From: Polyangiales bacterium
Lineage (GTDB): Bacteria > Myxococcota_A > Polyangia > Polyangiales > Polyangiaceae
Direction of reading: 5' to 3'
Length of the DNA: 64,000 nucleotides
Assembly: GCA_038231275.1 (NCBI GenBank)
Contig: JBBRLQ010000033.1
Span: forward strand, 12,377-76,376
Below, piece after piece: positions 50,079-61,242 of the stretch. Position numbers and translations under genes: made by a program. The notes beneath the pieces were generated by a model. The model was given only the letters and a program-made list of their open reading frames with translations, was not told the origin of the DNA and made no database searches. The stretch's first letter is position 1. Every line of letters begins with the position of its first letter.

Positions 50079-51158
50079 ATGCGGATCGTCCACGTTGTTC
50101 TGTCGCTCGACGTCGGCGGGCAAGAACGCCTCATCCTCAGCCTTTCGCGCGAGCTCGCCGGGCGCGGTCACGACGTTCGCGTCCTCTCGCTGACGCCTGG
50201 CGGAGGACTGCGGCCGCAGTTCACGGGGATTCCGACGTTCGACGTCCCTCACCAGGGCGGCACACGCCCGTCGACGTGGGCGAAAATCGCGCGCGCGTTC
50301 GTTGGGCTCTCGCCAGACGTCGTGCACACCCACAACGCGGCGCCGCTCATTTACGCAGGTCCCGCGGCGCGCCTCGCGGGCGTGCGGCGCGTCGTGCACA
50401 CGAAGCACGGGAGCAACACGTACCCCAGGGGAGCGTTGTGGCTCGCGCGCGCCGCGACGCGGACCGTCTCGGCGTTCGCGGCCGTGAGCGACGAGACCGC
50501 GGTGAGGGCCGCGCGCGACGAACGACCGGCCGCGGCGAAGCTCCACGTCGTCCCCAACGGCATTCCGCTCGCGCAGTTCGCGCGTGATCCGGCGGCAGGC
50601 CTCCGCGCGCGCGCCGAGCTCGGAATCGCCCACGACGCGGTGGTCATCGGCACCGTCGGCCGCCTCGTCTCCGAGAAGGACTACCCGTTCCTCGTGCGCG
50701 CCGCGGCGCCGCTCCTCCGCGAGAAGGTGCGCCTGGTGATCGTCGGCGAAGGGCCCGAGCGCGCCGCCATCGAAGCCGCGATCCCGAAGGACGCGGCGTC
50801 GTTCGTCACGATGACCGGCATGCGCAGCGACGTGCCATCGCTCATGAGCTCGCTCGACGTCTTCTGCTTGAGCTCTCGCACCGAAGGTCTACCTCTCGTC
50901 GTCCCTGAGGCGATGGCGTGCAGCCTCCCGGTCGTCGCGACCCGCGTGGGCGGCCTGCCCGGCATCGTTCCGGCAGATGTCGGGCTCCTCGTCGATCACC
51001 GCGACGAAACGGGCCTCCGCGACGCCCTCGCGGCGCTCGCCGGCGATCCCGCGAAACGCGAAGCGATGGGCGACGCCGCGCGAAAATACGCGCACGCGCG
51101 CTTCTCGCTGGCGCGGATGGCCGACGATTACGAGCGGCTTTATTCGGGGGTTTTCTGA
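50079..51158 (+). CDS. Glycosyltransferase family 4
   Basis: GGQER, VGRLVSEK, SSRTEGLPLVVPEAMAC. Confidence 0.9.
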   Translation: MRIVHVVLSLDVGGQERLILSLSRELAGRGHDVRVLSLTPGGGLRPQFTGIPTFDVPHQGGTRPSTWAKIARAFVGLSPDVVHTHNAAPLIYAGPAARLAGVRRVVHTKHGSNTYPRGALWLARAATRTVSAFAAVSDETAVRAARDERPAAAKLHVVPNGIPLAQFARDPAAGLRARAELGIAHDAVVIGTVGRLVSEKDYPFLVRAAAPLLREKVRLVIVGEGPERAAIEAAIPKDAASFVTMTGMRSDVPSLMSSLDVFCLSSRTEGLPLVVPEAMACSLPVVATRVGGLPGIVPADVGLLVDHRDETGLRDALAALAGDPAKREAMGDAARKYAHARFSLARMADDYERLYSGVF

Positions 51159-51191
51159 TAGTGTCGGGCGACTCTCAGGCTCCCGCCCCCC

Positions 51192-52742
51192 ATGCTCTTT
51201 GCGCAGATCCAAGCGCCGCCCACCACGCCGACGACCCCGACGGCGGCCGATGTGCGCGAGAGCACGGACACCCGGACGACCCGGGGCGAAGGCGATCTCC
51301 GCCTGAAAGATCCGAACGACTCGCGCACGACGCGTGACGATCAGTTCGATCCGCGCGCGCTCGAAGCCCCGGCGACGGCGCGCGATCGGCTCGCCTACGA
51401 TCCGGCGTTCCAGTCGAGCCCGGCGCTGCGCAACCAGGCGCGCGTGGCGGCGGAGGAAGGGACGGTGTTCCGCCCCGGCGGCCTCGACTACGGCGTGCAG
51501 GTCGCGATCGTCCAGGGGTACAACGACAACGTCGTCCAGACGCAGGCCGTCCTCGACGGGCCGATCGTTCGTCATCCGTCGCCGTTCACGGGCGTCGACG
51601 CCGAGCTGACGCTGCGCACGTGGACGAGCCCATTCGACCCGCACGAGTTCCGTCTCCAGCTGCGCGGCCAGCACTACGAGCCGCTCGACGGCTTCAGCGA
51701 GCCCGACGACGGCGCGGTCGTCGCCTCGTACACCGGCCAGATCACCCTCGGCAAACGCGACATCCTCGTGAACCGGTTCATCACGACCGCCGCGACGCTC
51801 AACTCGTCGCGCCTCTCGGACGGCCCGCTCTTCCTCGTCGAGCCATCGACGCTCCAGCGCACGTTCACGCTCACGAATGCGCGCACGCAGCTGACCCACG
51901 AGCTCGGGCCGCGCTGGCGGTATCTGCACGGCGTCGATCTCGCCGTCGGCACCACCATCCACGACGCGCCCGTCGACACCGGAACGCAGCAGATCTTCCA
52001 CCACGGCATCGACTTCGTACAGCCGGGGACCGACGGCCAGATCATCTACGATTTGACCGACTCCGACATCGTGAGCTTCCGGCTGCGCTACGAGCAAAAC
52101 CGGAACTACTTCCTCCTCGACTTCACGCGCCAGCCGCCGCAGTTCCTCGGCGTCGCCACCACGCACGTCGGCGAGAGCACGGTGAGCCTGACGCACTCGT
52201 TCAGCGACAGCTTGCGCTGGCTCTCGAACGTCGGGTTCGCGATCGCCACGGCGCCGCCGCTCGATCCCGACACGCGGCCGATCGGGAGCCCCGTCGCGGC
52301 GACCGAGCTGCTCCTCACGAAGCAGTATTGGCTCTTCAACGTGAACGCGTCGTACACCTACGGCTCCGCGAGCCCGCGCCTCGGCTTCGGTCCCTCGGCG
52401 CAGGCGTCGACGAACCTCTCGGGGTACCCGTTTCCCCACACGCCCGGCTTCCGGAATCTCGCCGTCCTCCTGAGCGGCACCGCGAACCGATCGGCGTTCC
52501 GTACGACCGAGGCGTTGTCCCGAATCTCCTACGCCGTCGTGAGCCTCGAGGGGCGCTACGCGCTGAACCACTGGCTCGGCGTGCTCGCCGGCTACAACTA
52601 CCGCTACGTCCTGTTCGAAGGCGCGCAGGCCCAGCCAAACTTGTACCGCCATGTGTTCTTCCTGGGCCTGAGCGGCTACTGGAACACCGACCGGACGTTG
52701 CCCGTCCTCACCACGTTCGTCGCGCCGCTGTCTGCCGGATAA
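51192..52742 (+). CDS. Putative outer-membrane beta-barrel for polysaccharide export (EpsX/WzpB-like)
   Basis: GYNDNV motif, amphipathic aromatic strands, EPS context. The start may be upstream; no clear signal peptide. Confidence 0.5.
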   Translation: MLFAQIQAPPTTPTTPTAADVRESTDTRTTRGEGDLRLKDPNDSRTTRDDQFDPRALEAPATARDRLAYDPAFQSSPALRNQARVAAEEGTVFRPGGLDYGVQVAIVQGYNDNVVQTQAVLDGPIVRHPSPFTGVDAELTLRTWTSPFDPHEFRLQLRGQHYEPLDGFSEPDDGAVVASYTGQITLGKRDILVNRFITTAATLNSSRLSDGPLFLVEPSTLQRTFTLTNARTQLTHELGPRWRYLHGVDLAVGTTIHDAPVDTGTQQIFHHGIDFVQPGTDGQIIYDLTDSDIVSFRLRYEQNRNYFLLDFTRQPPQFLGVATTHVGESTVSLTHSFSDSLRWLSNVGFAIATAPPLDPDTRPIGSPVAATELLLTKQYWLFNVNASYTYGSASPRLGFGPSAQASTNLSGYPFPHTPGFRNLAVLLSGTANRSAFRTTEALSRISYAVVSLEGRYALNHWLGVLAGYNYRYVLFEGAQAQPNLYRHVFFLGLSGYWNTDRTLPVLTTFVAPLSAG

Positions 52743-52761
52743 CCCATTCTTTAGGCTGCGC

Positions 52762-52815
52762 ATGCTTTCGGGTGGCCAGGTCTTCGACGGCAAGTACCGA
52801 GTAGGCAAGCTGCTA
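52762..52815 (+). pseudogene. 5' stub of a Ser/Thr kinase gene
   Basis: MLSGGQVFDGKYRVGKLL; similarity ends at the radical SAM stop codon; TAGGCT just upstream. Confidence 0.6.
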
Positions 52816-53832
52816 CGAGCTGTGAGGCGCGCGCGCGCGGACGATCGTAGTGCACGCGCTCGACGCTTTGGGGAGCGCGCGGCCTAGAGACACCGGCGTG
52901 GCCGAGAGCGCGACGTCACGCCCGCGGAGGATCGGGCAGTATTCGTCGCCGCGGTTCAAATCGCCGCGCAGCGTTCGGCGGCTGGGGCACCCGCCCCGGC
53001 ACGTCTCGAGGTGTGGGCACGCCTTGCATTCGTCGGGGACGAGGTCGAGCCCTCGGAATTGCGGCTCGTCGACCACCGCAGCGCCGAGGCGCTCGAGATC
53101 GTCCAAGGCGAGCGCGTCGTCGGCACCATAGACGCAGGGGACTACGGCGCCGCGCGGCGTGATGCGCACCGTCTCGACGCCGCACCCTGCGCCGGGCGCC
53201 CGCGGGACGCCGAGCATCGCGCGAACGATCGGCTCACCGGATGCCACGAGGTCGGCGACGTCGAAGAGCGCGCGCCACGCGCCCCAGAATTCGTCGAACG
53301 ATGGAGTCATCGCGCTGCCGCGCACCGCCTGGAACACGTTGACCCGCAAGAACGCGCCGCGCGAGCCGGCGAGGCGCGCGAGATCGGGAAGCGCGCGACA
53401 GTTGTCGCGCATGAGGACCGACGCGATCGTCACCGGGACGCCGAGGCGCGTGCAGCGGGCCATCTGCTGCTCGATGAGGTCCCAGTTGCCGGCGCCGCGC
53501 GCGGCGTCGTGCGCCTCGCGCGAGGGGTAGTCGATCGACATCTCGACGTCGGAGAAGCGAGCGAGCACGGCGTCGGGCAGCACGGCTGCGCTGTGGCCGT
53601 TCGTCGTCATCGTCACGGCGACGCCACGAAGCGCGAGCGTCTCGACGAGGCCTGCGAACTCCGGGTGGAGGCCGTTCTCGCCGGTGCCGAAGTTCACCGC
53701 GCGCGTCGGGATCGCGTCGACGGCGCGCAGGACGTCCGCGGCGGCGAGCGCGTCCGTGCCCGTCGCGCGGTAGCAGTGCGCGCACGACAAATTGCACGCG
53801 TTGGTGAGGCCGACGCCGAGCGCGAATTTCAT
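52813..53832 (-). CDS. Radical SAM protein with SPASM domain
   Basis: CNLSCAHC; C..G.VVPC and CKAC.....CRGGC...YCP. Confidence 0.9.
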   Translation of the reverse strand: MKFALGVGLTNACNLSCAHCYRATGTDALAAADVLRAVDAIPTRAVNFGTGENGLHPEFAGLVETLALRGVAVTMTTNGHSAAVLPDAVLARFSDVEMSIDYPSREAHDAARGAGNWDLIEQQMARCTRLGVPVTIASVLMRDNCRALPDLARLAGSRGAFLRVNVFQAVRGSAMTPSFDEFWGAWRALFDVADLVASGEPIVRAMLGVPRAPGAGCGVETVRITPRGAVVPCVYGADDALALDDLERLGAAVVDEPQFRGLDLVPDECKACPHLETCRGGCPSRRTLRGDLNRGDEYCPILRGRDVALSATPVSLGRALPKASSACTTIVRARAPHSS

Positions 53833-53871
53833 CGGAGCCAAATCACGATAGCGCAGGCGTAGACTCTGCGC

Positions 53872-54699
53872 GTGGACCAAGAGACATTCTGGAATGGCGA
53901 GGGGGGCGAGCGTTGGGTGCGCGAGCAGGCGCGGCTCGATCGGGCGCTTGATCCGCTCGGGCGCGAGGCGCTGGCGGCGGCGCGTGTCGCTCCTGGCGAG
54001 CGCGTGCTCGACGTCGGATGCGGCTGCGGCTCGACGACGCTCGCGCTCGCCCACGCGGTGGGGACCGCGGGAGAGGTCGTCGGCGTCGATCTCTCAGCGC
54101 CGATGCTCGATCAGGCGCGCGGGCGCGCCGCGGCTGCCGGTTTCGGTCACGTCACGTTCGTGCGCGCCGACGCCGGCGAGTACCGCGCCGCACGCCCGTT
54201 CGATCTTCTCTTCTCGCGCTTCGGCGTCATGTTCTTCGAGGATCCGAAGCTCGCCTTCGCGAACCTCTTGGCCGCGCTCCGGCCTGGTGGCCGTCTCGCG
54301 TTCGTGTGCTGGCGCGCGATGGCCGAGAACCCGTGGATGACCGTCCCGCTCGCCGCCGTGCTCCCGCTCGTCCCGCCGCCCGAGCCGACGCCGCCCGACG
54401 CGCCGGGGCCTTTCGCGTTCGCGGATCGCGCGCGCGTCGCGTCGATCCTCACGGCGGCGGGCTTCGCGCATGTCGACATCACCTCCCGTGACGTTCCGCT
54501 CGCGACCGGCCCGCTCGACGAAGCGCTTGAATACGCGATGATCACGGGTCCGACGGCCCGACTGGCCCAGAACGTCGACGCGAAGACCCGCGAGAAAATG
54601 CACGCCGCGGTCCGCGAAGCGCTGCGACCGTTGGAGACGAAAGACGGTGTCGTCCTCGCCGCAGCCCAGTGGATCGTGACCGCGCAGCGGCCGGCCTGA
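53872..54699 (+). CDS. Class I SAM-dependent methyltransferase
   Basis: VLDVGCGCG, SRFGVMFFEDP, PGPFAFAD. Confidence 0.9.
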   Translation: MDQETFWNGEGGERWVREQARLDRALDPLGREALAAARVAPGERVLDVGCGCGSTTLALAHAVGTAGEVVGVDLSAPMLDQARGRAAAAGFGHVTFVRADAGEYRAARPFDLLFSRFGVMFFEDPKLAFANLLAALRPGGRLAFVCWRAMAENPWMTVPLAAVLPLVPPPEPTPPDAPGPFAFADRARVASILTAAGFAHVDITSRDVPLATGPLDEALEYAMITGPTARLAQNVDAKTREKMHAAVREALRPLETKDGVVLAAAQWIVTAQRPA

Positions 54700-54711
54700 C
54701 ACCCCCTCTCG

Positions 54712-56082
<1,371 letters not shown>

Positions 56083-56103
56083 CCTGCCTTGGGGGAAACC
56101 GCG

Positions 56104-56691
56104 TTAGGGGACGATGACGGTATCCCCGGACTGGAGCGCGAGATTCTGCTGCAGATCGCCCTTCTCCACGACCGCGGAGAAATCGAAGGGGATCCTGCGC
56201 TCACCGCGCGCGTCCTTGCGGACGATGATGATGCGATCGGTGCTGGCGAACCGCGTGAAGCCGCCCGCCAGCGCGAGGCCGTGGAGGACGGTGATCTGGT
56301 GGTTCGGCGTGAACTCGCCGCCGCGCTGCACTTCGCCGACGACGTAAACCTTGTACGAGCGCACCTCCGCGATCTGGACGGTGACCGGCGGCTGGTCCTG
56401 GAAGTACTTGTGGACGCGCGTGCCGATGTCGACCGCGATCTCGTCCACCGTCTTGCCCTCGGCGCGGATGTCTCCGATGAGGGGCATCGTCATCGCGCCG
56501 TCAGGACGGACGGTGACTTGCTGCGAGAGCTCGTCGTGCTTCCACACGTTGATCTTCACGACGTCGCCGGGTCCGACGCGGTAGCCGGCGGCGCGCTCCG
56601 CCGCCCAGTTGTACGACCGCGTGCCGCCGCAGCTCGCGAGCGCCAGGAGGCTCACCAAGGCTGCGGTCAGGGCGAAGAGAGCAGTTCGCAT
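56104..56691 (-). CDS. Short OPX (Wza-like) polysaccharide export lipoprotein
   Basis: LASC lipobox, YRVGPGD, VRPDG..MPLIG, LQSGDTVIVP; no C-terminal OM helix. Confidence 0.9.
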   Translation of the reverse strand: MRTALFALTAALVSLLALASCGGTRSYNWAAERAAGYRVGPGDVVKINVWKHDELSQQVTVRPDGAMTMPLIGDIRAEGKTVDEIAVDIGTRVHKYFQDQPPVTVQIAEVRSYKVYVVGEVQRGGEFTPNHQITVLHGLALAGGFTRFASTDRIIIVRKDARGERRIPFDFSAVVEKGDLQQNLALQSGDTVIVP

Positions 56692-56732
56692 GGAGCCCTT
56701 CGTATCACACCTTCGGGAGCCTGGGCCGTGGG

Positions 56733-57623
56733 TCAGCTGCCGACTACGCGGTTGCGACCGGCCTCTTTGGCGCGGTAGAGGCGTTGGTCGGCGACCTTGA
56801 TCAGCGTCGTCCGATCGCGCATTTTTCCGCAGTCCACGAGGCCCGCGACGCCAATGCTCGCGGTCACGCGGAGCGGGGTGCCGCCCAGGTTCGTCGCCGT
56901 GAGACTGAGGGCCATCCGGAGGCGCTCGCCCAGCGTGATCGCCGACGACAACGGGATGCCGCGCGTGATGACCGCGAACTCCTCACCGCCGTAGCGCGCG
57001 AGCAGGTCCTCCGCGCGGAGCTGCTTGCCGAGGATCTCCACCGTCGTCTTGAGCACCGCGTCGCCGGCGGGGTGGCCGTGGCCGTCGTTCACGCTCTTGA
57101 AGTGATCGATGTCGATCATGAGCAAGCACAGCTCGGTGCCGTGGCGAAGAGCGAAGGCGAGCTCGGCGTCGAGTCGCTCGTCGAAGTGCTTGCGGTTGTA
57201 GGCGCCGGTCAGCGCGTCTCGGAACGCGGCGTCGTACATGCGCGTGAGGGCCCCGCGCTCGGCGTCGTCCACGAGAGAGAAGCGGAGGAGCGTGCCGGAG
57301 CCGAGCTGGAGGCGATCGCCGTCGTTCAGCTGCACGGTCTTTCCGGCGGCGAGGCGCACGCCGTTGACGGCGCTCCCGTTCGTGGAGTTCTCGTCGACGT
57401 AGTGGAACCCGCCCGCGATGCCGACGATCTTCCCGTGCTGACCGGAGACACTGGCGTCATCGAAGCGGATGCGACACGCGTCGGCGCGACCCAAGCTGAG
57501 AGGCTCGCCCGCCGTGAGCTGGACGACTCGCCCCGTCTCGGTGCCCGACAGCACCGTGAGGATCGCGTGCGAGCGCTGCGAGAGCGGGCTCACTTCGCTG
57601 ACGAGGGTGTTCAGCTTTTTCAC
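56733..57623 (-). CDS. FHA-GGDEF diguanylate cyclase
   Basis: LGR..SGQH..STNG FHA domain; DIDHFKSVND, RAED I-site, RYGGEEF. Confidence 0.9.
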   Translation of the reverse strand: MKKLNTLVSEVSPLSQRSHAILTVLSGTETGRVVQLTAGEPLSLGRADACRIRFDDASVSGQHGKIVGIAGGFHYVDENSTNGSAVNGVRLAAGKTVQLNDGDRLQLGSGTLLRFSLVDDAERGALTRMYDAAFRDALTGAYNRKHFDERLDAELAFALRHGTELCLLMIDIDHFKSVNDGHGHPAGDAVLKTTVEILGKQLRAEDLLARYGGEEFAVITRGIPLSSAITLGERLRMALSLTATNLGGTPLRVTASIGVAGLVDCGKMRDRTTLIKVADQRLYRAKEAGRNRVVGS

Positions 57624-57726
57624 GGAGCCATGATACTTGCCGCCACACGGCAGGGTGTAAAGCCCCACGTGGCCCCTTCGAACAGCATTGTTGAACGGCG
57701 TGGAGGGGCTATCCTGGGGGGCTCCC

Positions 57727-58602
57727 ATGGCCCGGATCGACTTCGTCCCCTTCCCTCCCACCAGCTTCCCGTTCCGCGATTTGCTCGTCCTGGAGCAGCT
57801 CGCTATCGGGGACCGTGACACAGTGTGCGAGATCGGCGTCGGCAGCGGCGGAACGACCGCCCGCCTCGCCAAGATGGCCGCGAACGTCACCGGCTTCGAG
57901 ATCAGCGGCGGCACGATCGCCGAGCTCCGCTACCTCGAGGAGCGCTTCTCGAACCTGCGCTTCGTGGTCGGCGACATCACGATACCCGAGCAAGTGCGGC
58001 CGTTCGAGGGCGCGTTCACGCGCGTCATCGCCTGCGACACGCTCGAGCACGTGAGCGATCCGGCCGCCTTCTTCCGGGGCGTCGAGCGCCTCTTGTCGCC
58101 GGGCGGCGAGTACCTCGTGACCTTCCCCACCGAGCCGCTGGCGAAGATGCACGGGATCACGCGCTTCGACGGTCCCGAGGGCCTCGAGGCGCTCGCCTCG
58201 CGCGCCGGCCTCACCGATTGCCGAATCGGCAACGCCACGCTGTCGACGGGCGCGAACCGCATCGCCGACGCGCTCGGCTGGGGCCCGCTCAAGCTCGCGC
58301 GCAAGGTCCTTCGCCGCGGGAGCTACAAGCGGACCGAGGCGGGCGACGCCGCGCCGCAGACGTTCGACCAGACGCATTTCATGAAGAACATGGGCACCTA
58401 CCGGAAGTTCGCGCCCGCGCTGAACCTCTACTGGTACGGCGTCCTCAAGCTGATGGACATGCAGGGGCCCGCGTTCGAGATCGACTGGACGTTCGACAAG
58501 GCCCCGTTCACCGATTGCCAGGTGTTCATGAGCGGACGAAAGCCGAAGGAGGCGCGCGCGAGCACCCTGAAGGAACGGGCGACGGCCTGTGCGCGCCGGT
58601 AA
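57727..58602 (+). CDS. SAM-dependent methyltransferase
   Basis: EIGVGSG, DTLEHVSDP, LLSPGG. Confidence 0.85.
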   Translation: MARIDFVPFPPTSFPFRDLLVLEQLAIGDRDTVCEIGVGSGGTTARLAKMAANVTGFEISGGTIAELRYLEERFSNLRFVVGDITIPEQVRPFEGAFTRVIACDTLEHVSDPAAFFRGVERLLSPGGEYLVTFPTEPLAKMHGITRFDGPEGLEALASRAGLTDCRIGNATLSTGANRIADALGWGPLKLARKVLRRGSYKRTEAGDAAPQTFDQTHFMKNMGTYRKFAPALNLYWYGVLKLMDMQGPAFEIDWTFDKAPFTDCQVFMSGRKPKEARASTLKERATACARR

Positions 58603-58640
58603 ACTGCGCACATACATCATCACCCCTCGACACGAACGCG

Positions 58641-59666
58641 ATGACCTGCCTCAACGAGGAGGCGTACATCGAGACGTGCCTCCGAAGCGTGATGGCGCAA
58701 GACTACCCGAAGAATCGCCTGCAAATCCTCGTCGCCGACGGGATGAGCATCGACGCGACGCGCGAGATCATCCTGCGCCTGTCCGAAGAGGATTCGCGCA
58801 TCCAGCTCGTCGACAACCCCGACAAGATCCAGGCGGCGGGGATGAACCGCATGATCAAGGCGTCGCGCGGAGACGTGATCGTCCGGATGGACGTGCACTG
58901 CGAGTACGCGCCCGACTACGTACGGCGATGCGTCGAGGCCCTCGAAAAAAGCGGCGCCGAGAACGCCGGCGGAGCGCAGCGCGCGCGCGCGAAGACGCTG
59001 TTCCAGAAGGCCCTGTGCGCCGCGCTCGACAGCCCGCTCGGCGTCGGCGGCGCCAAGTACCGCGGCCCCGACAACGAGGGCTTCGTCGACACGGTGTTCC
59101 TCGGCGCGTTCCGGCGCAGGGTCTTCCAGAAGATCGGCCTCTACGATCCCAAGGCGATCACCAACGAGGACGCCGAGCTGAACCAGCGCATCATCGAGAG
59201 TGGCGGCAAGGTCTACCAGTCCAAAGACATCGTCGTGCACTACTACCCGCGTCCGTCGTTCAAGACGCTCGCGAAGCAGTATTACAAGTACGGCAAGGGC
59301 CGCGCGCGCACGCTCATCAAGCACAAGAAGTTCCTCTCCATCCGTCCGGCGATCCCGTTCCTCACCGTCCTCGGCGGCGCGGGCCTGCTCGCGACGAGCA
59401 CGATCCAGCCGGTGACCCCGTTCGCGTTCGGCGGCTACGCCCTGGCGACGCTCGCGGAGGCGGTGCGCGTCGGTCGCAAGGCGGGCGCGGCGGCGATCCC
59501 GGTCGTGTGGGCGATTTTCCCGGTGCTCCACGTCTCGCACGGCACCGGCTTCGCGGTCGGCCTCGTGGAGTACGCGCTGAAGCGCGACTGGCCGAAGGAG
59601 CCGGAGAAGCTCGAGGCGTCGCCCGAGGCGCTGCTCGAAAACGGCGCCCGCGCGGGAACGAGCTAA
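58641..59666 (+). CDS. Glycosyltransferase family 2 (ExoA-like); 5' end looks corrupted
   Basis: CLNEE, ADGMS.D, RMDVH, NEDAELNQR, QYYKYG. True start is probably upstream. Confidence 0.85.
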   Translation: MTCLNEEAYIETCLRSVMAQDYPKNRLQILVADGMSIDATREIILRLSEEDSRIQLVDNPDKIQAAGMNRMIKASRGDVIVRMDVHCEYAPDYVRRCVEALEKSGAENAGGAQRARAKTLFQKALCAALDSPLGVGGAKYRGPDNEGFVDTVFLGAFRRRVFQKIGLYDPKAITNEDAELNQRIIESGGKVYQSKDIVVHYYPRPSFKTLAKQYYKYGKGRARTLIKHKKFLSIRPAIPFLTVLGGAGLLATSTIQPVTPFAFGGYALATLAEAVRVGRKAGAAAIPVVWAIFPVLHVSHGTGFAVGLVEYALKRDWPKEPEKLEASPEALLENGARAGTS

Positions 59667-59681
59667 GGAAAGGTCCTCGTC

Positions 59682-61070
59682 GTGGCGCTCGCCGGCGCGC
59701 TCCTCCTCATCTTCACTATTTTCATCCGTCCCCAGGAGTTCGTCCCGGGGTTGGAGAGCCTCGGCCTGCTCAACATCGCAGTCGGCCTCGCGGTGCTCGG
59801 GATCATCATCGAGTTCGCGACCGGCAAGATCAAGACGGCGTGGTCGCCGCAGCTGCCGTTCCTCGCGGCGTTTCTCGGCTGGTGCGTCCTCTCGACCGCG
59901 ATCAAGGTCGGGATGGACATCGTCCTGGACATGAAGACGTCGCTCGGCTTCGCGACGATCTTCATGGTCGTCGTCATGTACGCGGGGCGCTCCTTCAACA
60001 GCTTCCGCGGCCTCGCGATCCTGCTCGTCCTCATCAGCGTGGCGCTGAGCGCGATCTGCATCCATCAAGGGCAGGGCGAGTTCCAGTGCATCTTGCTCGA
60101 GGAAGAGGAGGGAGGCGGCGCGGCCCACGATCAGAGCAAGGGCGAGCCGGACGGGCGCTCGTGCGAGGACAGCCACCAGTGCGACAAGGACGGCGTCGAC
60201 GGGCGCGAGTACGCGTGCGAGAAGCCCGGCCTCTTCAAGGCCTTCACGATCGCGCACGGACGCGTGCGGTGGCGCGGCACCTTCGCGGATCCCAACGAGC
60301 TGGCGCTCGCCGTCGGCGCGGCGATGAGCTTCTGCTTCGCGATCCACGCGTCCATGCGAAGCAAGATCCGACATCTCTTGCTCGTCGCCGTGCTGGCCGC
60401 CGTCTTGTACTGCGTGATGCTGACCGGCTCACGCGGCGGAGTGCTCGTGCTGCTCGCGATTTTCGGCGTCTACTTCATCCGAAGATATGGCGCAAAAGGG
60501 CTCATTTTGGGCGGGTTCGCGGGGCTGCCGCTGCTCCTCGCCGGCGGGCGCAGCGGCGAGGACGCGGAGGCCTCGAGCCTCGAGCGCCTCGGCGCGCTCT
60601 ACGAGGGCGTCGACTTCGTGAAGCAGAACCCCTTCTTGGGGCTCGGCTACGGGCAGTTCGTCGAGAACTACTTCATCACCGCGCACAACTCGTACCTCCT
60701 CTCCGCGGCGGAGCTCGGCTTCCCGGGGATGGTGATCTGGACGTCGTTCGTCTACGTGTCGGTGAAGATCCCGTTCATGATCGCGTTCAGGCCGACGTGG
60801 GACATGGACCGCCGGCTCCCCGCCTACGGCCTGTCGCTCCTCACGAGCTTCTGCGGTCTCCTCATCGGCATCTTCTTCTTGAGCTTCTGCTACCACGCGA
60901 TGCTCTTCATCTACTTGGGGTTGGCGGGCGCGCTCTTCGGCGTGGCGAAGCAGTCGAGCCCGTCGTTCGACGTGAAGGTGAGCCCGAAGGAGCTCGGGCT
61001 GATCGCGACGGCCGACGCAGTGCTCCTCGTCATCCTCTTCGTCTACACGCGCGCGAAGGGCGGGGGGTAA
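59682..61070 (+). CDS. O-antigen ligase / Wzy-like polymerase
   Basis: Multiple TMs; DPNELA, TGSRGG, AHNSYL. Confidence 0.85.
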   Translation: MALAGALLLIFTIFIRPQEFVPGLESLGLLNIAVGLAVLGIIIEFATGKIKTAWSPQLPFLAAFLGWCVLSTAIKVGMDIVLDMKTSLGFATIFMVVVMYAGRSFNSFRGLAILLVLISVALSAICIHQGQGEFQCILLEEEEGGGAAHDQSKGEPDGRSCEDSHQCDKDGVDGREYACEKPGLFKAFTIAHGRVRWRGTFADPNELALAVGAAMSFCFAIHASMRSKIRHLLLVAVLAAVLYCVMLTGSRGGVLVLLAIFGVYFIRRYGAKGLILGGFAGLPLLLAGGRSGEDAEASSLERLGALYEGVDFVKQNPFLGLGYGQFVENYFITAHNSYLLSAAELGFPGMVIWTSFVYVSVKIPFMIAFRPTWDMDRRLPAYGLSLLTSFCGLLIGIFFLSFCYHAMLFIYLGLAGALFGVAKQSSPSFDVKVSPKELGLIATADAVLLVILFVYTRAKGGG

Positions 61071-61212
61071 CCCCATAGGCGCGACCGAGGACGTGGTCAC
61101 CGAGGTCGTCGCGACTCTGCGGCGCCCTGAGCTGCCGCGATCATCCTGTCATGGGCGGCACAAATTGCCGCCCAAAGCTCGTGTTGGAGCGAGGCGCGTC
61201 CACACTTGCGGC

Positions 61213-61228
61213 AGGCACGCACGCTGCA
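61213..61228 (+). promoter_or_regulatory. Possible sigma54 promoter
   Basis: AGGCACGCACGCTGCA (GG-N10-GC) just before ATG 61243. Confidence 0.45.
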
Positions 61229-61242
61229 AAAGCCCGCCGGCG

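Noticed and set aside
58590..58650. Diversity-generating retroelement template
   Set aside because: No reverse transcriptase and no second TR/VR copy in the window.
61153..61173. Terminator GGGCGGCA-CAAAT-TGCCGCCC
   Set aside because: 8-bp hairpin without a U-tract; its role cannot be supported.
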